Shown here: positions 1 through 11,699 of the stretch, piece after piece
Position numbering within the stretch: the stretch's first letter is position 1
Layout: every line of letters begins with the position of its first letter
Assembly: GCA_040902515.1 (NCBI GenBank)
Contig: JBBDXB010000006.1
Location: 2,219-66,218, forward strand
Origin: Patescibacteria group bacterium
GTDB taxonomy: Bacteria; Patescibacteriota; SICC01
Direction of reading: 5' to 3'
DNA length: 64,000 bases
Position numbers and translations under genes: made by a program
Notes under the pieces: model-generated
Seen by the model: the letters and a program-made list of their open reading frames with translations, nothing else
Told to the model about the DNA's origin: nothing
Databases searched by the model: none

Positions 1-2412
<2,412 letters not shown>

Positions 2413-2463
2413 CGAAACACTCCCTCCTAATTAGTGGACGCACGGTAATGGCCCGTACTACGC

Positions 2464-2495
2464 AAAAAATACATCACGAGCAGTTGCTCACGATG
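2464..2495 (-). terminator. Terminator/attenuator-like hairpin in rpoB leader
   Basis: CATCGTGAGC-AACT-GCTCGTGATG followed by TATTTTTT on minus strand. Confidence 0.55.
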
Positions 2496-2540
2496 ACACC
2501 TGCGGTCAAAAACGACGGGGCACCGATACCATTCGGCTCT

Positions 2541-2569
2541 AGCATACGAACCTGGCACCTGGGCGTCAA
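2541..2569 (-). promoter_or_regulatory. sigma70-type promoter upstream of rpoB
   Basis: TTGACG-N17-TATGCT on minus strand. Confidence 0.65.
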
Positions 2570-3852
2570 GTCGTCCGGGCCGACGGAAGCTGGCGGCCGA
2601 GCGGTGGCGAGACGACCGCCCAGACCAGGATCAGCAAGCCCAGCGCGCTGATCACCGCTGTCACGGCATACGCGTCCACCAGCGCGCCGGCAAGCAGTAC
2701 CGGCAGCGTGTTCGCAGCGTTCACGCTCATGCCGAGGAAGCCGAAGACGCGACCACGGACGGCCGGCTCGGAACGCTCGTGGATCAGGGTCTGGGAGGCA
2801 ATCATCACGATCGCCATGGCGAGTCCGAGCAGCGTCGCCGCGATGCTCGTCAGCCCTTGCCGGAGCGCGCCCGAATCGGCATCCAGCAGCCCCGCGGCGC
2901 GATCCGCGAGCGGTTCGACCTGTCCGAGCGTGCCGATCGTCAGACCCACGACCAGCAGCGCCGTGGTGACGATCACCCGGGCGGAGAACTGGCGGCGCGC
3001 CCGCTGCAGCACCAGGCCGCCCGCCAGCATGCCGACCCCGATCGGCAGGATCACGACCCGGCTCACTTCCCGGAGGTTCGTTCCCAACACCTGGTCCACG
3101 AAGGACGGCAGGAGCACCATGATCACGCCGACGCTGGCCCAGACCACGGTGAGTTGCAGCAGGCCGTAACGCACCGGCGGCGTCCGGCGGACGACGGCGA
3201 ATCCCGCCACCAGGTCGGTACGGACGGTCCGGTACGCGGTCCTGAGCGGGATGCGATGGACATGCTCATGGAGTTTGGGCAACCGGCTACAGGCGATCGC
3301 GGCCGCCGCGAAGCTGGCAGATGCCAGGAGGATCGGCAACGAGTCCCCGCCGACCTGGGAGATTGGGCCGGCCAGGCCGTACCCGACGACGAACGAGGCG
3401 AACAGGGTCACCATGAAGACGGCGTTTGCCGCCACCAGGCGCTTCCGGTCCACGAGCTCGGGGATCGCCGCCCCTTCGGCCGGCGTGAAGAACTGGGTGA
3501 TCGTCGAGACCAGGAACGTGGTCGCGAAGAGGACCGGCAGGCTGGAGAGGTCGGTCAGGTACAGCAGCACGACACCGGCCCGCAGCACGTTCGTGGCGAT
3601 CAGGACGCTCCGCCGATGCCAGCGGTCCGCGAAGACGCCGGCCACGGCGCCGAAGAGCAGGCTCGGCAACCCGAAGCTCAACACGAAGAGGCTTACCATC
3701 GTCGCCGAGCCGGTCAGCTCGAAGACCCGGATCAACAGGGTGAAGTTCACCATGTTGAACGCGGTGAGTGACAACGCCTGCGATAGCCACAGTTTCAGGA
3801 AATGCCGGTTCGGCTCCAGCTCTCGGATCAGGGCCAGGAAGCGCGGGAGCAT
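2566..3852 (-). CDS. MFS transporter (DHA3/MFS_3-like)
   Basis: 428 aa, ~12 hydrophobic segments, motif A-like GVFADRWHRR. Confidence 0.9.
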   Translation of the reverse strand: MLPRFLALIRELEPNRHFLKLWLSQALSLTAFNMVNFTLLIRVFELTGSATMVSLFVLSFGLPSLLFGAVAGVFADRWHRRSVLIATNVLRAGVVLLYLTDLSSLPVLFATTFLVSTITQFFTPAEGAAIPELVDRKRLVAANAVFMVTLFASFVVGYGLAGPISQVGGDSLPILLASASFAAAAIACSRLPKLHEHVHRIPLRTAYRTVRTDLVAGFAVVRRTPPVRYGLLQLTVVWASVGVIMVLLPSFVDQVLGTNLREVSRVVILPIGVGMLAGGLVLQRARRQFSARVIVTTALLVVGLTIGTLGQVEPLADRAAGLLDADSGALRQGLTSIAATLLGLAMAIVMIASQTLIHERSEPAVRGRVFGFLGMSVNAANTLPVLLAGALVDAYAVTAVISALGLLILVWAVVSPPLGRQLPSARTT

Positions 3853-3864
3853 GACAGGCCGGCG

Positions 3865-4521
3865 TTACTTCTGTTTCGCCGGCGTGATGATCTCGTCGAC
3901 CAGACCGTACTTCTTGGCATCCTCCGGCGAGAGGAAGAAGTCACGGTCAGTGTCCTTCTCGACCTTCTTCAGATCCTGCCCGGTGTGCTTGGCAAGGATC
4001 TTGTTGAGCGCATCCTTCATCTTGAGGATCTCCCGGGCATGTATCTCGATGTCCGTCGCCTGCCCGGAAAGCCCCGAGGCAAGCACCTGGTGGATCATGA
4101 TCCGGGAGTTCGGTAGCGTGTATCGCTTGCCTTTCGCCCCGCCGGCCAGGAGGACCGCTCCCATCGAAGCGGCCAGGCCCATGCAGATCGTCTGCACGTC
4201 GGGCCGGATGTATTGCATGGTGTCGTAGATCGCCAACCCCGACGAGACCGACCCGCCCGGGCTGTTGATGTACACCTTGATGTCCTGGTCAGCGCTCTCG
4301 TTCTCCAGATGGAGCAGCTGGGCCATCACCAGGTTGGCGATCTGGTCGTCGATCGGCGTGCCGATGAATACGATCCGCTCCTTGAGGAGCCGCGAATAGA
4401 TGTCATATGCCCGCTCGCCGAATTGGGACTTCTCCAGGACGGTCGGGATCAGGACCTGGTCGCTGATATCGGGCTGTCCGGCGGATGGTGTATTCATGTT
4501 TCGATCGTTCATGGTGCTCAT
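3865..4521 (-). CDS. clpP: ATP-dependent Clp protease proteolytic subunit
   Basis: [30 protein letters not shown] motifs. Confidence 0.97.
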   Translation of the reverse strand: MSTMNDRNMNTPSAGQPDISDQVLIPTVLEKSQFGERAYDIYSRLLKERIVFIGTPIDDQIANLVMAQLLHLENESADQDIKVYINSPGGSVSSGLAIYDTMQYIRPDVQTICMGLAASMGAVLLAGGAKGKRYTLPNSRIMIHQVLASGLSGQATDIEIHAREILKMKDALNKILAKHTGQDLKKVEKDTDRDFFLSPEDAKKYGLVDEIITPAKQK

Positions 4522-4535
4522 GCCCCCAGTTTACA

Positions 4536-6044
4536 TCAGGCCGGGCGGCGGCGGGTATACAGCGGATAGTGTTCGCGGAGTGATTCGATGGTGCGGATCA
4601 GCACGTCCAGGTTCACGGTCATGCCATGGACCAGCCGGCCGTTCACGAGCCGGGGGCGCAGCAGGATCTGGAGCAGGAACGTCTCCATCTCGGTACTGAG
4701 TTTGAGTCCATGCCGGAACGCGAGCCGTCGGATCAGCTTGCGGGCTTTCTGGCGGAACTCCCGGTCAGGAACCCAGCGGGGCGCTTCTCCGCCACGCTCA
4801 TATGTGATCACCCGCACCGGCCGCCGGTGCGCGCGACGCTTCGGACGGTCCGGCGGCGGCTTTGGGGGAGGCGGCCCCTCAGGAAGCGTTTCCTCCGCTT
4901 CCCGCTCCTTGCGTTGCCGATCCAACCGCTCGTTCAGCTCCCGCCGCTCCTCTTCCGAGAGTTCGGGGTGGCGGGCGACCTCCGATTGCCCCGGCTGCTC
5001 CCGTTCATCCGGCGCTTCCGTCGTCTCGTCCAGCTCCGGCGACCCACCGGCCACCGGCGGCACTTCCGTCTCCCACCATGCGGTCTCGATCCGCTCGATC
5101 GCTTTGCCGAGCGGTGTCCGGGGTTCCGGCGGCAGCGGCTCGTCCTCGACGGCCCCCAGGTCGTCGGAAACCTCCCCGACGGCCCCGCCGTCCGGGACGA
5201 GAACTGGCTCGGGTGCGGATTCGGACGAGCGTCCGGGCACAGGGGGTCCGTCCTCGACCGCGTCGTCACTGGCATCCTCGGCCACGGGAAGGTCGGGCGG
5301 TTCGGATTCGGTGGCGGTCGTCGGACGATGCGAACGCGTCCGTTCGTCGAGGACCACCTCCTCGCCTTCCCGCTCGGTGACTGCCCGTACGACCTCGTGA
5401 CCCACTTCCACCCGGACCTCGTCATGATCCGTCGTCCGTACCGTCACCGAGAGATCGTCCTCATCCGGCAACGCCTCCGCGGCAGCGGCGACCCGCTCGA
5501 TGGTCTCACCGGTCCTGACCGGTTCCTCGCAAGCGGCCTTGACCCGATCTACCAGCTCACGGGGTGCGACCGGTTCGGACTCGCGGCGGGTAGCCAACTT
5601 GATGGAAACGCCGCGTACCGCCGAGGGTTCGGCCTCCTCGAACGCGGTTTCCGACACCAGCCGATGGAGAAGGTGGCGCCCCTGCTCCAGGTGCCACTGC
5701 CCGCCGGAACGTTCGAGCACGTCGCGGACGGCTTCGTACGCCTCCTCGTCACCCAGCTTTTCTTCCAGCTCTGCCAGTGCCACCCGTTTCCGGAACGCCG
5801 CTTCCGCGGCTAGCCGCCGCCGGACCGTTTGGGGATCCGGTTCCGTAGTCTCGATGTCCTCGGGAACCTCCTTGTCCGGATTCCGGTCATGGGAACGTTC
5901 CGGGCGATCCGACGTCTCCTGATCCGCCCGCTCCCGGGACGTTCCTCGGTCCGCCGGTTTAGACTTCCTGGCTCGCCGAGGCGGCCCGGTCTCTGCCTTG
6001 GGCGGTTCTTCGTCGGGCCAGCGCTCGGAAGCCCGTTCTTTCAT
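4536..6044 (-). CDS. Hypothetical acidic/Pro-rich protein
   Basis: 502 aa ORF coupled to tig stop (TAATG); fills the tig-clpP gap. Confidence 0.7.
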   Translation of the reverse strand: MKERASERWPDEEPPKAETGPPRRARKSKPADRGTSRERADQETSDRPERSHDRNPDKEVPEDIETTEPDPQTVRRRLAAEAAFRKRVALAELEEKLGDEEAYEAVRDVLERSGGQWHLEQGRHLLHRLVSETAFEEAEPSAVRGVSIKLATRRESEPVAPRELVDRVKAACEEPVRTGETIERVAAAAEALPDEDDLSVTVRTTDHDEVRVEVGHEVVRAVTEREGEEVVLDERTRSHRPTTATESEPPDLPVAEDASDDAVEDGPPVPGRSSESAPEPVLVPDGGAVGEVSDDLGAVEDEPLPPEPRTPLGKAIERIETAWWETEVPPVAGGSPELDETTEAPDEREQPGQSEVARHPELSEEERRELNERLDRQRKEREAEETLPEGPPPPKPPPDRPKRRAHRRPVRVITYERGGEAPRWVPDREFRQKARKLIRRLAFRHGLKLSTEMETFLLQILLRPRLVNGRLVHGMTVNLDVLIRTIESLREHYPLYTRRRPA

Positions 6045-7327
6045 TACCCCGTGGCGATTTCCACCAACCGGTCCACGGCCTGGCGGTTGCCCAGGATGCG
6101 GCGGACGTATGCCGCGAATTCGTCGGACTTGATCTGCTCCTTCGCCTGGTCCTCCTCGGCGGTCGCGAGCTGGGTCTCGACCTCTTCCTTCACCCGGCTG
6201 TCCGGCACCGTGACGTTCTCCGCTTCCTGGACGGCGTTCAGGACCAGGCTCATCTTCACCCGCCGCTCGGCTTCGCTCCGCTGTTCCGACCGGAAGTCGT
6301 CTTCCGTCTTACCGATCTGCTCGAGGTACTTGTCGTAGGGCATCCCCTGCCGCTCGATGTGCTGGCGGAACTCGGCGAGCATCCGGGTCAGCTCGTCATC
6401 GATCAACGAATCGGGAATCTCTACCTTGGCGTCCTTGGCCACCGCGTCGACCACCGCCTGCTCCGTCTTCTGGCGGGCTTCCTGTTCCTTCTCCTGCTTG
6501 AGGTTGGCGGTCAGTCGTTCGCGCAAGTCCTTCAGCGACTTCGCCCCGAAACCCGTCGCCAGTTCATCGTTGAGCTCCGGCAGCTTCGATTCCTGGACCT
6601 GGCGCATCGTCGCGGTGAACTCGACCGGCTGGCCGGCCAGGCTCTGCTCGTGATACTCCTTGGGGAATGTGACGGTGAACGTCTTCACTTGGCCGATCTT
6701 CATGCCGATCAGTTGCTCCTCGAATCCGGGGATGAACCCTCCCTGGCCGAGTACCAGCGGATGGTTCTCGCTCTTGGCACCGGGAATCTCCTTGCCTTCC
6801 CGCTTCCCCACGAAATCGATCTCCACGCGGTCGCCCTCCTTCGCTTCCCGCTGGACCTGCGCGTAACTGGCACGCCCTTTGCGGAGCTGCTCCAGCGCTT
6901 CGTCGACCATCGAATCCTGGTATTCCGACTGCATCGGCTTCACCTTGACCTTCTGATAGTCGCCCAACTGCACCTCGGGCATCACCGCGACGGTCGCGGT
7001 GTACGTCAGCCCCTTTTCCTCCAGCTGCGTATGTTCGTCCCCGATATCCGTCTGCGGCCGGCCGACGGGTCGCAGCTTGTGCTTCGTGACCGCCTGGTAG
7101 TAGCTGTCCGCGACCGCGAGCTCGAGTGCTTCGTGCGCGATGTGCTGCGGGCCGGTGCGGGCTTCCAACACCGAGCGCGGCGCCTTGCCCTTCCGGAAAC
7201 CGGGCAGGTTGGCTTGCTCGGCGATCTTCTGTACCGCTTGCTCGAAGTACCCCTTCATCTCTTCGGGAGTGATGGTAATACTGAGCTTTACGGCACTTTT
7301 GGGCTGCTTCTCGACGTCAATCTGCAT
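6044..7327 (-). CDS. tig: Trigger factor
   Basis: GFRKGKAP signature, FKBP-like FIPGFEEQLIG; start re-set to ATG 7327 (MQIDVEKQ). Confidence 0.95.
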   Translation of the reverse strand: MQIDVEKQPKSAVKLSITITPEEMKGYFEQAVQKIAEQANLPGFRKGKAPRSVLEARTGPQHIAHEALELAVADSYYQAVTKHKLRPVGRPQTDIGDEHTQLEEKGLTYTATVAVMPEVQLGDYQKVKVKPMQSEYQDSMVDEALEQLRKGRASYAQVQREAKEGDRVEIDFVGKREGKEIPGAKSENHPLVLGQGGFIPGFEEQLIGMKIGQVKTFTVTFPKEYHEQSLAGQPVEFTATMRQVQESKLPELNDELATGFGAKSLKDLRERLTANLKQEKEQEARQKTEQAVVDAVAKDAKVEIPDSLIDDELTRMLAEFRQHIERQGMPYDKYLEQIGKTEDDFRSEQRSEAERRVKMSLVLNAVQEAENVTVPDSRVKEEVETQLATAEEDQAKEQIKSDEFAAYVRRILGNRQAVDRLVEIATG

Positions 7328-7392
7328 ACCGCACCAGTATAACGTGCTCACACTGGCTGTCTGCCCCGGTGGCACCGTCCGGCGGACCGATG

Positions 7393-7476
7393 TGCTGGGG
7401 AGAGGAGTCGAACCTCCACGGGTGTTACCCCACTGGGTCCTAAACCCAGCGCGTCTGCCAGTTCCGCCACCCCAGC
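7393..7476 (-). tRNA. tRNA-Leu(TAG)
   Basis: Cloverleaf GCTGGGG..., anticodon arm CTGGG-TTTAGGA-CCCAG, long variable arm, GTTCGA T-loop. Confidence 0.95.
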
Positions 7477-7609
7477 GCCCCTCTAGCGTCGCCCGTCTAG
7501 CCGTCGGTTTCAAGCGTGGCAAAGCGGCGGCGGAGCCAACCGCCGTACCGCAGGATCGCCGCGACTGCGGCGCGCAGGACACACAGTTGCAGCATGAGCA
7601 TGCGGCGCC

Positions 7610-8239
7610 TCACACCGTCACCCGCTCGCGCAGCTTCTCGAGCTTCGCTTCGCCGATGCCGGATACCTCGAGCAATTCGTCCACCGACCCGAACGGACCG
7701 AAGGCGTCGCGGTAATCGATGATCTTCTCAGCGGTGGCCTCTCCGACGCCCGGAAGCGTATCGAGCTCCTCGAGCGTAGCTGTATTGAGGTTCACCAGGC
7801 CGCCGGCCGTCGGTGCGCCGTCGCCGCCAGACATTCCGGCGGCCGGGGCCGACGAATCGAGCACGACGGCATCGCCGACCAACGGAACGTATACCTTCTG
7901 ATGATTCTTGAGCGCTTCGGCCTGGTTGAGCTCCCTGGAGATCCGGGGACGGTCCGCGTCCTGCGTGAAACCGCCGGCCGCCTTGATCGCATTCGCGACG
8001 AGACTCCCGGCCGGGAGGCGCTTGACCCCCGGCTTGGCGACGGCGCCCTGCACGTCCACCACGATGTCCTCGGCCGGCGCGGGCGTATCCGGAGCCGGTG
8101 AGGCCAGGGCGTCCAGTACCAGCGGATCCTGCGGCGGTCGAGCGGCTACCACGCCTCCTGCCACGGTCAGCACCGCGATCCCTCCGGCGACGACCATCCG
8201 ATGACGGTACCAAAACTCTTTGATGCGTTCCGTGTCCAT
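7610..8239 (-). CDS. comEA: ComEA family DNA-binding protein
   Basis: N-terminal TM, SLBB (VDVQGAVAKPG), C-terminal HhH (VNLNTAT..LPGVGEATA). Confidence 0.92.
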   Translation of the reverse strand: MDTERIKEFWYRHRMVVAGGIAVLTVAGGVVAARPPQDPLVLDALASPAPDTPAPAEDIVVDVQGAVAKPGVKRLPAGSLVANAIKAAGGFTQDADRPRISRELNQAEALKNHQKVYVPLVGDAVVLDSSAPAAGMSGGDGAPTAGGLVNLNTATLEELDTLPGVGEATAEKIIDYRDAFGPFGSVDELLEVSGIGEAKLEKLRERVTV

Positions 8240-8304
8240 GGTTGATTGCTATACCAAGCTACCATAAGCTGAGGCGGATGCCAAGGAGAGACGGGCACCG
8301 AGAC

Positions 8305-10374
8305 TCAGACCAGGCTGGCCACATGCATGACCCGCTGCCGGAGGTCCGGGAACGATTTGAGCCGGGGATCCTGCTCCAGGAGTTCGGTGGCCGCATCTCG
8401 CGCTTCCCTGAGCAGGTTCGCGTCGGCCAGTCCGGCGGCGGACAGCTCGTGGCCGGACTGTTTGAGCCCGACCACCTCCCCCGGTCCTCGCAGTTCCAGG
8501 TCGATCTCGGCCAGCTCGAATCCGGAATCACTCCGCTCCAACGCCTTGAGCCGCTCGTTCTCGACGGTCGAGTTGTCTCCCGGCAGAAGGTAGCAATACG
8601 ACCGGTGCCCCCCGCGGCCGATCCGACCGCGGAGTTGATGGAGCTGTGCCAGCCCGAACTGCTGCGCCTCCTCGATCAGCATGACGGATGCGTTCGGGAA
8701 GTCGACGCCGACCTCTACGACGGACGTCGAGACAAGCACGTCGGTCGCGCCGTCCGCGAACGCTTCCATCGTGGCGACCTTGTCTTCCGTCTTCATGCGG
8801 CCGTGTAGGAGCGCCGTCCGGAATCCTTCGAACACCTTGGTCGCGAGCCGTTCGTATTCTTCTTCGGCCGCCTTGAGGCCGGCCTTGGAATCGGCGATCA
8901 CCGGATACAGCACGAATGCCTGCCGGCCGGCCGCCAGCTCCTCCCGGACCGCTGCGAATGCCGCCTGCCTGCCGGCCGGCGCCACGACCCGGGTGGACAC
9001 GCCGGCCCGTCCCGCCGGACGTTCAGGAATTATCGAGAGGTCCTGATCGCCGTAGGCGATCAAGGCCAGCGTCCGCGGAATCGGCGTGGCCGTCATGCTG
9101 AGGAGGTGCGGCGTTGCCTGTTCGCCGCGGAGTTTCGCCCGTTGCTCCACCCCGAACCGATGCTGCTCATCCACGATCGCCAATCCCAGCCGGTGCCAGC
9201 GGGCGTCCTGTCGAATCAGGGCATGCGTACCGACTACCACCTGCACGTCCCCGGCAGCGATCCGGCGGCGGACCTCCTCCTTCTCCGCCTCTGACTGGCC
9301 GCCGACCAGCAGCGCGACCGTGATCCCGTGCGGCGAGAACCAGGAGTCCAGCGTCGCCGCGTGCTGGCGGGCAAGGACTTCCGTCGGGACCATCATCGCG
9401 GCTTGCCATCCCGCGGCCACCACCTGGTGGGCGGCTGCTGCTGCGACCGCGGTCTTGCCGGAACCCACGTCTCCCTGGAGCAAACGGAGCATCGGCCGGT
9501 CCTGATCCAGGTCCGCGAAGATCTCCTGGAGCGCCTGCCGTTGCCCGTCCGTAAGGGACCAGGGCAATCCGTCCAGGAACCGCCGGGTGACGGCGGAGTT
9601 CGCGGCGATCCGCGGAGCGGTCGTCTCTTCGCGCCAGTGCTGCCGACGGCGCTGGGTGATCAGCTGGCGGTAGAAGACGTGCTCGAAATCGAAGCGGCGG
9701 CGCGCCGCCCGGGACTCCGCCTCATCGGCGGGAAAGTGGATCTGCCGGATGGCTGCCGACAACGGCAACAGGCCTGCTCGCTCGCGTACCGCATCCGGTA
9801 GCGTTTCGGGAAGCCGGTCCGCCGCGGGCAGAAGCGGTTTGATCACGAATCGGAGCCAGCGCGAGGAGAGTCCTTCCGTCTCCGGATAGACCGGCACCAG
9901 CCGGGCCGTGTGGGTCTGCTCGCCCGTCACCGACCGGCGCTCGATCGCCGGGCTCTGGAACGTGGTGCCGTACTTCTTACTGGCACGGAGCTTCCCCGCG
10001 AAGATATACTCCCGCCCCTCCTGCAACGTCTCCGCCAGGTACGGCTGGCCCCACCAGACCGCTTCCAAGTTCGCCTGCTCACTGCCGAGTACCGCCGTCA
10101 CCATCGATCGACGGCCGCGAAGCCGGCGCAGCTTGACCGACCGCACCTTCGCCCGAACGGTCAGGTTCTCTCCGACCGGCAACGTGCGCTCCTTGAGGAG
10201 TGCCGCCAGGTCCTGCACCTGCCGCAGGTCGTCGTACCGGCGTGGAAAATACCGGAGCAGATCACCGATGGTCTGTACGCCGACCCGCTCCAGGCGGTTC
10301 ACGTACGCGGATCCCACGCCAGGTAGCGATTCCACCGGCCGTCCAATGATCTGTTCGCGGGGTAGTTCGTTCAT
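8305..10374 (-). CDS. recG: ATP-dependent DNA helicase RecG
   Basis: RLLQGDVGSGKT, DEQHRFGV, TATPIPRT, GLAQLHQLRGRIGRG. Confidence 0.97.
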   Translation of the reverse strand: MNELPREQIIGRPVESLPGVGSAYVNRLERVGVQTIGDLLRYFPRRYDDLRQVQDLAALLKERTLPVGENLTVRAKVRSVKLRRLRGRRSMVTAVLGSEQANLEAVWWGQPYLAETLQEGREYIFAGKLRASKKYGTTFQSPAIERRSVTGEQTHTARLVPVYPETEGLSSRWLRFVIKPLLPAADRLPETLPDAVRERAGLLPLSAAIRQIHFPADEAESRAARRRFDFEHVFYRQLITQRRRQHWREETTAPRIAANSAVTRRFLDGLPWSLTDGQRQALQEIFADLDQDRPMLRLLQGDVGSGKTAVAAAAAHQVVAAGWQAAMMVPTEVLARQHAATLDSWFSPHGITVALLVGGQSEAEKEEVRRRIAAGDVQVVVGTHALIRQDARWHRLGLAIVDEQHRFGVEQRAKLRGEQATPHLLSMTATPIPRTLALIAYGDQDLSIIPERPAGRAGVSTRVVAPAGRQAAFAAVREELAAGRQAFVLYPVIADSKAGLKAAEEEYERLATKVFEGFRTALLHGRMKTEDKVATMEAFADGATDVLVSTSVVEVGVDFPNASVMLIEEAQQFGLAQLHQLRGRIGRGGHRSYCYLLPGDNSTVENERLKALERSDSGFELAEIDLELRGPGEVVGLKQSGHELSAAGLADANLLREARDAATELLEQDPRLKSFPDLRQRVMHVASLV

Positions 10375-10405
10375 GGTCGAAGGGTGTGCGCTCCCTCCGA
10401 CACCG

Positions 10406-11626
10406 CTAACGCGTTACCTTGAGAAACTTCCGTTTGCCGACCCGGATCACAGGGTAGGTGCTCGCCACGATCGACGTGTTCGGATCCGACTGGACCACGT
10501 CGTTCACCTGGACCGCGCCCTGCTGTACCATCCGGTGCGCTTCGGACGAGCTCTTCACCAGACCGCTCTCCTTGAGGACCTTCCAGAGCGGTACGGCCAG
10601 CGCCGAAGAACGCCAGGTCGGCACCTCACGGGGGGTCGCCTTCTTCTGGAAGACCCGGACGAAGTGCCGCTCGGCCTTCTCCGCCGCCTCATCGCCCTGC
10701 ACTTCCCGGACGATCGCCCGCGCCAGCCGCATCTTGGCGTCACGCGGATTGTCCTTGAAGATCCGCCTCACCTCGTCGAGTTCCTCGTCCGGAGTCCGGG
10801 TGCACCATTCGTAGGCAGGAAGCACGACCTCGTCCGGCAAGTGCATGATTTGTCCGTAGAGCTCCTGGGGTTTGCCGGCGATCGCGATCGCGTTCCCCTC
10901 AGTCTTGCCGATCTTCACACCCTTGGCATCCGCCAGGATCGGTGTCGCCAGCACGAACTTCTCCTTGTCGTGGTAGTCCTTCTGGAGCTTCCGGCCGGCC
11001 AGCATGTTGTAGGTCTGGTCGGTCGCGCCAACTTCCACGTCCACGTTCATCGCCACCGAGTCATATCCCTGCATCAGCGGGTAGAGGAACTCCCGGAGGC
11101 TGATCGGTTTGCCCTGGTGTATCCGCCGCTCGAACATGTCGCGCTCGAGGAGCTGCTGCACCGTGAAGTGACTCGCCAGCTCAGCGATATCCGCGAACCT
11201 GAGCTTCTCCAGCCAGGCGGAGTTGTAACGGACCTTAGCGGGATTCTTGCCGCGGAACTTGAGGATGGATCCCGCCTGGGCGCGATACCCCTTGGCGTTC
11301 GCGAGCACTTCCTGCTTGGTAAGCGGCTGGCGCACGGCCTGCTTGTCGGTCGGATCCCCCGTCTGGCCGGTGAAGTCGCCGAGCAGCACGGTCACCTCGT
11401 GCCCGAGCTCCTGGAAGTGCCGGAGTTTCTGAAGGACGATCAGGTGTCCGATGTGGAGATCGGGGGAACTCGGGTCCAGCCCCAGGTAGATCTTGAGCCG
11501 TCGCCCTTTGCGCAACACGCCCGCCAGCGCTTCCCGGGAGGGGTAAATCGAGTCCACGCCGCGATCCAGGACCTGGGAAATCAGGGTCTCCTTCGGTAAC
11601 TCGGGTTGGTTAGCGCGTTTTGCCAT
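10406..11626 (-). CDS. tyrS: Tyrosine--tRNA ligase
   Basis: HIGH motif, YPLMQGYD, KIGKT, C-terminal S4 domain. Confidence 0.96.
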   Translation of the reverse strand: MAKRANQPELPKETLISQVLDRGVDSIYPSREALAGVLRKGRRLKIYLGLDPSSPDLHIGHLIVLQKLRHFQELGHEVTVLLGDFTGQTGDPTDKQAVRQPLTKQEVLANAKGYRAQAGSILKFRGKNPAKVRYNSAWLEKLRFADIAELASHFTVQQLLERDMFERRIHQGKPISLREFLYPLMQGYDSVAMNVDVEVGATDQTYNMLAGRKLQKDYHDKEKFVLATPILADAKGVKIGKTEGNAIAIAGKPQELYGQIMHLPDEVVLPAYEWCTRTPDEELDEVRRIFKDNPRDAKMRLARAIVREVQGDEAAEKAERHFVRVFQKKATPREVPTWRSSALAVPLWKVLKESGLVKSSSEAHRMVQQGAVQVNDVVQSDPNTSIVASTYPVIRVGKRKFLKVTR

Positions 11627-11699
11627 GGATTCTTCTGCTCCTGTCCATTATAGCTATACTTAGATAGCTGATAGCCAGCGAGTCGACGGTGCACACTAC

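Noticed and set aside
7328-7582. N-terminal extension of tig (likewise nusA, uvrA, uvrC, rnc, yceD, leuS)
   Set aside because: Longest-ORF artefacts; they overlap a tRNA or neighbouring genes and better downstream starts exist
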